The translations under genes and the position numbers were made by a program. The notes beneath the pieces were generated by a model that had not been told where the DNA came from, searched no databases, and was given only the letters and a program-made list of their open reading frames with translations. This document shows, one piece after another, positions 60,985 to 64,000 of a stretch of DNA of 64,000 nucleotides (its first letter is position 1; every line of letters starts with the position of its first letter). The stretch comes from Deltaproteobacteria bacterium (GTDB taxonomy: Bacteria; Myxococcota; Kuafuiibacteriia; Kuafuiibacteriales; Kuafuiibacteriaceae), in the NCBI GenBank assembly GCA_040218735.1, contig JAVJQW010000038.1:238562-302561 (forward strand), read 5' to 3'.

Positions 60985-62625
60985 CTACTGCGGGATGGGC
61001 AGGACGATCGAGAACGTGCCGTCGGATCCGGAGAAGTCCTCGCCGAGGGACACGGTCTGACCCTCCACGTAGACGAACATCTCGACCCGCGCGTCCTCCA
61101 CCACCTCGCCGTCGATGCCGCCGCGGACGGAGCCAAAGACCTCGTTGCCGGGCGGGAGCCGAATCGGCGGGAGGGCGTGGTCGCCGGTGGTGTCGGGGAT
61201 CTCGATGACGACGGTGTCGACCGGCAGGCGCTCCCCGCCCGCGAGCGGATCGTCCGGGCGCACGACCATCAAGTAGCGACCCGGGTCGAGGTCGATCGCG
61301 AAGCGACCGTCGGCGCTCGTCTGGGCGTCGCGGGCGCGGAGGGTGTCGTCCAACGGATCGAAGTCGACGCGCGCGCGCACCGGCCGACCGCCGGCCGAGG
61401 AGACCTCGCCGATGACCGTCGGGCGCAGCGCGAGGATCAGCTGCTCGTCGATCGTGAAGTTCTGCCCGGCGCTGCGGAAGTCGAGCACCGTCTGCAGGCG
61501 CGCGAAGGACGAGCCGGCGGGCGGGAGCACCTCGACGATGTAACGCGAGCGCAGGAGCGGGATGACGTCGAGGCGATCGTCACCGACGTTCACGTGGACC
61601 TGGCCGCGTGCATCGGTGAGGCCCGTGATGCGATAGGCGGGCGGCGTGAGCCGGTCCGCGACCGCGACCGACGCGGTGAACGTGACCTTCGCGTCGGCGA
61701 CGGCGCTGCCCTGGCCGAGCTCGTCGAGGCCGACGATCGAGAGCGACACCGTGCCGCGGTTGTCGTCCGAGGAGCGCTCGATCGCGATCTCCAGCGCGCG
61801 GTCCCCTTCGGGATCCACGAGCACCGACTGCGAGAAGCCCCACGCAGGCTGCTGCTCGGAGGGGAGCATCGCGTTCACGCGGAAGAAGGTGTCGGTCGTC
61901 TCGGGGAGCCGAATCGCGTAGTCGCCGTTTTCGTCCGCGATCGCGATGGTGGATTCGAGGCGGCTCTTCTCGCCGATCGCCCGGACGATCGCACCCGGCA
62001 GGCCCTCCTGCGACGACTGCGCGAGCGTGACGCGCCCCTGGATCTGGCGGTAGCGCGTGGGGAGCGCGAACTCCTTCGGCAGCTCGGCCCCGGTCCGCAC
62101 GGAGAATCCGGTGACCTCGATGCCCGGGCGGTCCCGGTCGTCGGGGCGGATGCGCGCGGCGTAGTTGCCTTCGACGAGGGAGAAGCGCGCGCCGTTTTCG
62201 GTGTCGTCGCGCACCGTGGTGTTCACTTCGAGCTCGCGCCCCGGGATGCGGTTCGCGCCGTAGACGACGAGGTCGGCTTCGACGCGCTCACCCGCCGCGT
62301 CGACGACCACCGCTTCGTACGGGACCGGCTCGGGCATGCGCACCACGAGCGTCTGCGCGGCGTTCACGATCGGGATGTCGAGGCGCTGGTAGCGCGTGTA
62401 CGGCGAGTCGGACGGCGGCGTGACCTCGATGGAGATCGCGTCCGGGCCCTGCGTCATCTCGCGGTCGACGCATCTGAGCTCGACGCAAACCTCGTCGATG
62501 TTGCATTGGTCAGTCGTCTGACACTCGACGGGCACCGTGCCGAAGGCGTCGAGCGCGGCGTCGCTCGCGCATCCGAGGGATACGAGGAACCCGGCGACGA
62601 AGAGGAACGCGAGGACGTGTTTCAT
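60985..62625 (-). CDS. Lipoprotein with carboxypeptidase-regulatory-like (Ig) repeats
   Basis: LVSLGC lipobox, Cys-rich C..T.QC...EVC...C module, repeated D.DG.F/Y. Confidence 0.8.
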   Translation of the reverse strand: MKHVLAFLFVAGFLVSLGCASDAALDAFGTVPVECQTTDQCNIDEVCVELRCVDREMTQGPDAISIEVTPPSDSPYTRYQRLDIPIVNAAQTLVVRMPEPVPYEAVVVDAAGERVEADLVVYGANRIPGRELEVNTTVRDDTENGARFSLVEGNYAARIRPDDRDRPGIEVTGFSVRTGAELPKEFALPTRYRQIQGRVTLAQSSQEGLPGAIVRAIGEKSRLESTIAIADENGDYAIRLPETTDTFFRVNAMLPSEQQPAWGFSQSVLVDPEGDRALEIAIERSSDDNRGTVSLSIVGLDELGQGSAVADAKVTFTASVAVADRLTPPAYRITGLTDARGQVHVNVGDDRLDVIPLLRSRYIVEVLPPAGSSFARLQTVLDFRSAGQNFTIDEQLILALRPTVIGEVSSAGGRPVRARVDFDPLDDTLRARDAQTSADGRFAIDLDPGRYLMVVRPDDPLAGGERLPVDTVVIEIPDTTGDHALPPIRLPPGNEVFGSVRGGIDGEVVEDARVEMFVYVEGQTVSLGEDFSGSDGTFSIVLPIPQ

Positions 62626-63233
62626 TTCAGGCAGTCCTCGCTGTTGCCGAGCGTGGCCTCGGGCTCGATGAGCACCGTCCAGCGGACCTCGGTCACGCTG
62701 TAGGGCGGGAAACCTTCGACCTCCGGGTTCACGATTTCGCCGAGCCCGGACTCCGTGACGTCGACCTCGTCCGGGGGGACGAGCCACTGCGGCGCGTCGG
62801 TGACGAAGAGCGAGAGCACACCGATCTGCGCTTCGGCGTCGGTGTTCACGCTGACGTCGGCCTTCTCGACGAGGAGCGGGTAGTCCGACCCGGGCGTCAC
62901 GCGGCCGCGGATGATGCCGGGCTCGCCGGCTTCGTCGACGGTGATGCTGCCGGCGTCGGATTCACGCTGGCGTGTGCCGTCGAAGGCGACGAGTCGATAC
63001 ATGAGGTCGGTGTCGTTTTTATCGATGACGTTGGCGCGGACCCGGAAGCGCCGGCAGTCGTAGGGGACCTCCAGGATGAGCTGGGGCGGGTCGATGGTGG
63101 GGAGGTCGAGCTCGGGGGCGCTGTTGACGCGCTCTTCGATGAGGACGCGGTCCGGCGGGATCAGGCACGCGCTGGTGAGGCTACCGACGAGCGTGGCTTG
63201 TCCCAGGATCCGCACGACGTGCTGTAAAAGCAT
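62622..63233 (-). CDS. Hypothetical lipoprotein (true start may be GTG at 63215)
   Basis: LTSAC lipobox; stop overlaps the downstream start. Confidence 0.7.
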   Translation of the reverse strand: MLLQHVVRILGQATLVGSLTSACLIPPDRVLIEERVNSAPELDLPTIDPPQLILEVPYDCRRFRVRANVIDKNDTDLMYRLVAFDGTRQRESDAGSITVDEAGEPGIIRGRVTPGSDYPLLVEKADVSVNTDAEAQIGVLSLFVTDAPQWLVPPDEVDVTESGLGEIVNPEVEGFPPYSVTEVRWTVLIEPEATLGNSEDCLK

Positions 63234-63244
63234 TCGCCGTGCCG
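63229..63244 (-). promoter_or_regulatory. Putative sigma54 (-24/-12) promoter
   Basis: Minus strand CGGCACG-GCGA-ATGCT has GG-N10-GC spacing; lies just downstream of a sigma54 activator gene. Confidence 0.5.
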
Positions 63245-63379
63245 ACTTTGGGCCGGCGCCGAAACAAGCTCTCGAAACCACCACTTAGCCTTCGTACGGG
63301 GCAGCCCGGAGCGTCGGATCCCCGGACACCCCTGTCATACCGTGCCACAGGATGCCGTCGGCCTTCGAAAAACCGTCGA

Positions 63380-64000
63380 TCAAAGCCTCGGGGGCCGGTC
63401 GTCGCCGGGCCCCACGGTCAGGCCTTCGCTGCCGTCTTCGGGGGGAATCACCGCGCTCTGCTTCTCCAGGTGGCGGAAGATCGTCCGCGGATCCACGCCG
63501 AGGTCACGCGCGGTCTTGGTCCGGTTGCCCCCGTTCAGGTCCAGGACCCGGTTGATGTAGCGGGCCTGGAAGCGCTCCTTCGCGTCCGCGAGGGGGAGGA
63601 TTTCCTCGACGTCCTCCTCGCGCAGGTCGAGGTCGTCCGCGGTGATGAGGCTCTTGTCCGCGAGCACCACCGCCTTCTTGATGCGGTTCTCCAGCTCGCG
63701 GACGTTGCCGGGCCACCGGTACTTCTTCATCGCGACGAGGCAGGACTTCGAAAAGCCCTTCACGCGTCGTCCGTGCTCCTCGGAGGCGCGGGCGAGGAAG
63801 TACTTCGCGAGGATGTCGAGGTCGTCCTCGCGCGCGCGCAGCGGCGGCAGCCCGATCCCCACCACGTTGAGGCGATAGTAGAGATCCTCGCGGAACAGGC
63901 CCTGCCGGATCATCTGGCTCAGATCGCGGTGCGTGGCCGCAACAATGCGCACATTGGTTTTGATGGCATTGCGACCACCCACCATCGTGTACTCGCCCTC
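63380..64000 (-). CDS. Sigma54-dependent Fis-family enhancer-binding protein, C-terminal part (runs off the window)
   Basis: AATHRDL, FREDLYYRLNV, WPGNVRELEN, GNRTKTARDLGV HTH. Confidence 0.93.
   Translation of the reverse strand, partial: EGEYTMVGGRNAIKTNVRIVAATHRDLSQMIRQGLFREDLYYRLNVVGIGLPPLRAREDDLDILAKYFLARASEEHGRRVKGFSKSCLVAMKKYRWPGNVRELENRIKKAVVLADKSLITADDLDLREEDVEEILPLADAKERFQARYINRVLDLNGGNRTKTARDLGVDPRTIFRHLEKQSAVIPPEDGSEGLTVGPGDDRPPRL

Overview
High-GC window from what looks like a Myxococcota-type deltaproteobacterium (inferred from tgl, many Ser/Thr kinase-ATPases, MJ0042 zinc-ribbon protein, mevalonate genes). The right third is housekeeping: an almost complete dcw cluster (mraZ to ftsZ, without murB and ddl), then a tgl-HTH-recO block and a sigma54-activator/lipoprotein operon. 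The left two thirds hold a Ktr/Trk K+ uptake operon, an HSP90-like/TPR pair, a papain-fold (Tox-PL-like) protein, mvaA-mvk, an octaheme cytochrome c, a P460-like cytochrome, ppk1, prkA and two kinase-AAA-TPR proteins. The most unusual feature is at 1.1-2.74 kb: two head-to-head four-helix-bundle (TIGR02436/Avd-like) genes. Each has a conserved, covarying fold-back leader that includes a 24-bp inverted copy of its own first 8 codons, a downstream GCGA-tetraloop hairpin and a long NCGGAN hexamer array. A related array bounded by 30-bp inverted repeats sits in frame inside another gene, and all arrays show a G/T-rich left and C/A-rich right flank. Other points of interest are a ~510-bp GATC-dense multi-hairpin insert where murB/ddl normally lie, an apparent fusion of Tgl to its upstream partner, a repeat-bearing basic N-terminus on FtsI and a His-less PHP protein with an RGG tail. 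All family calls come from motif recognition by eye; no database searches were run.
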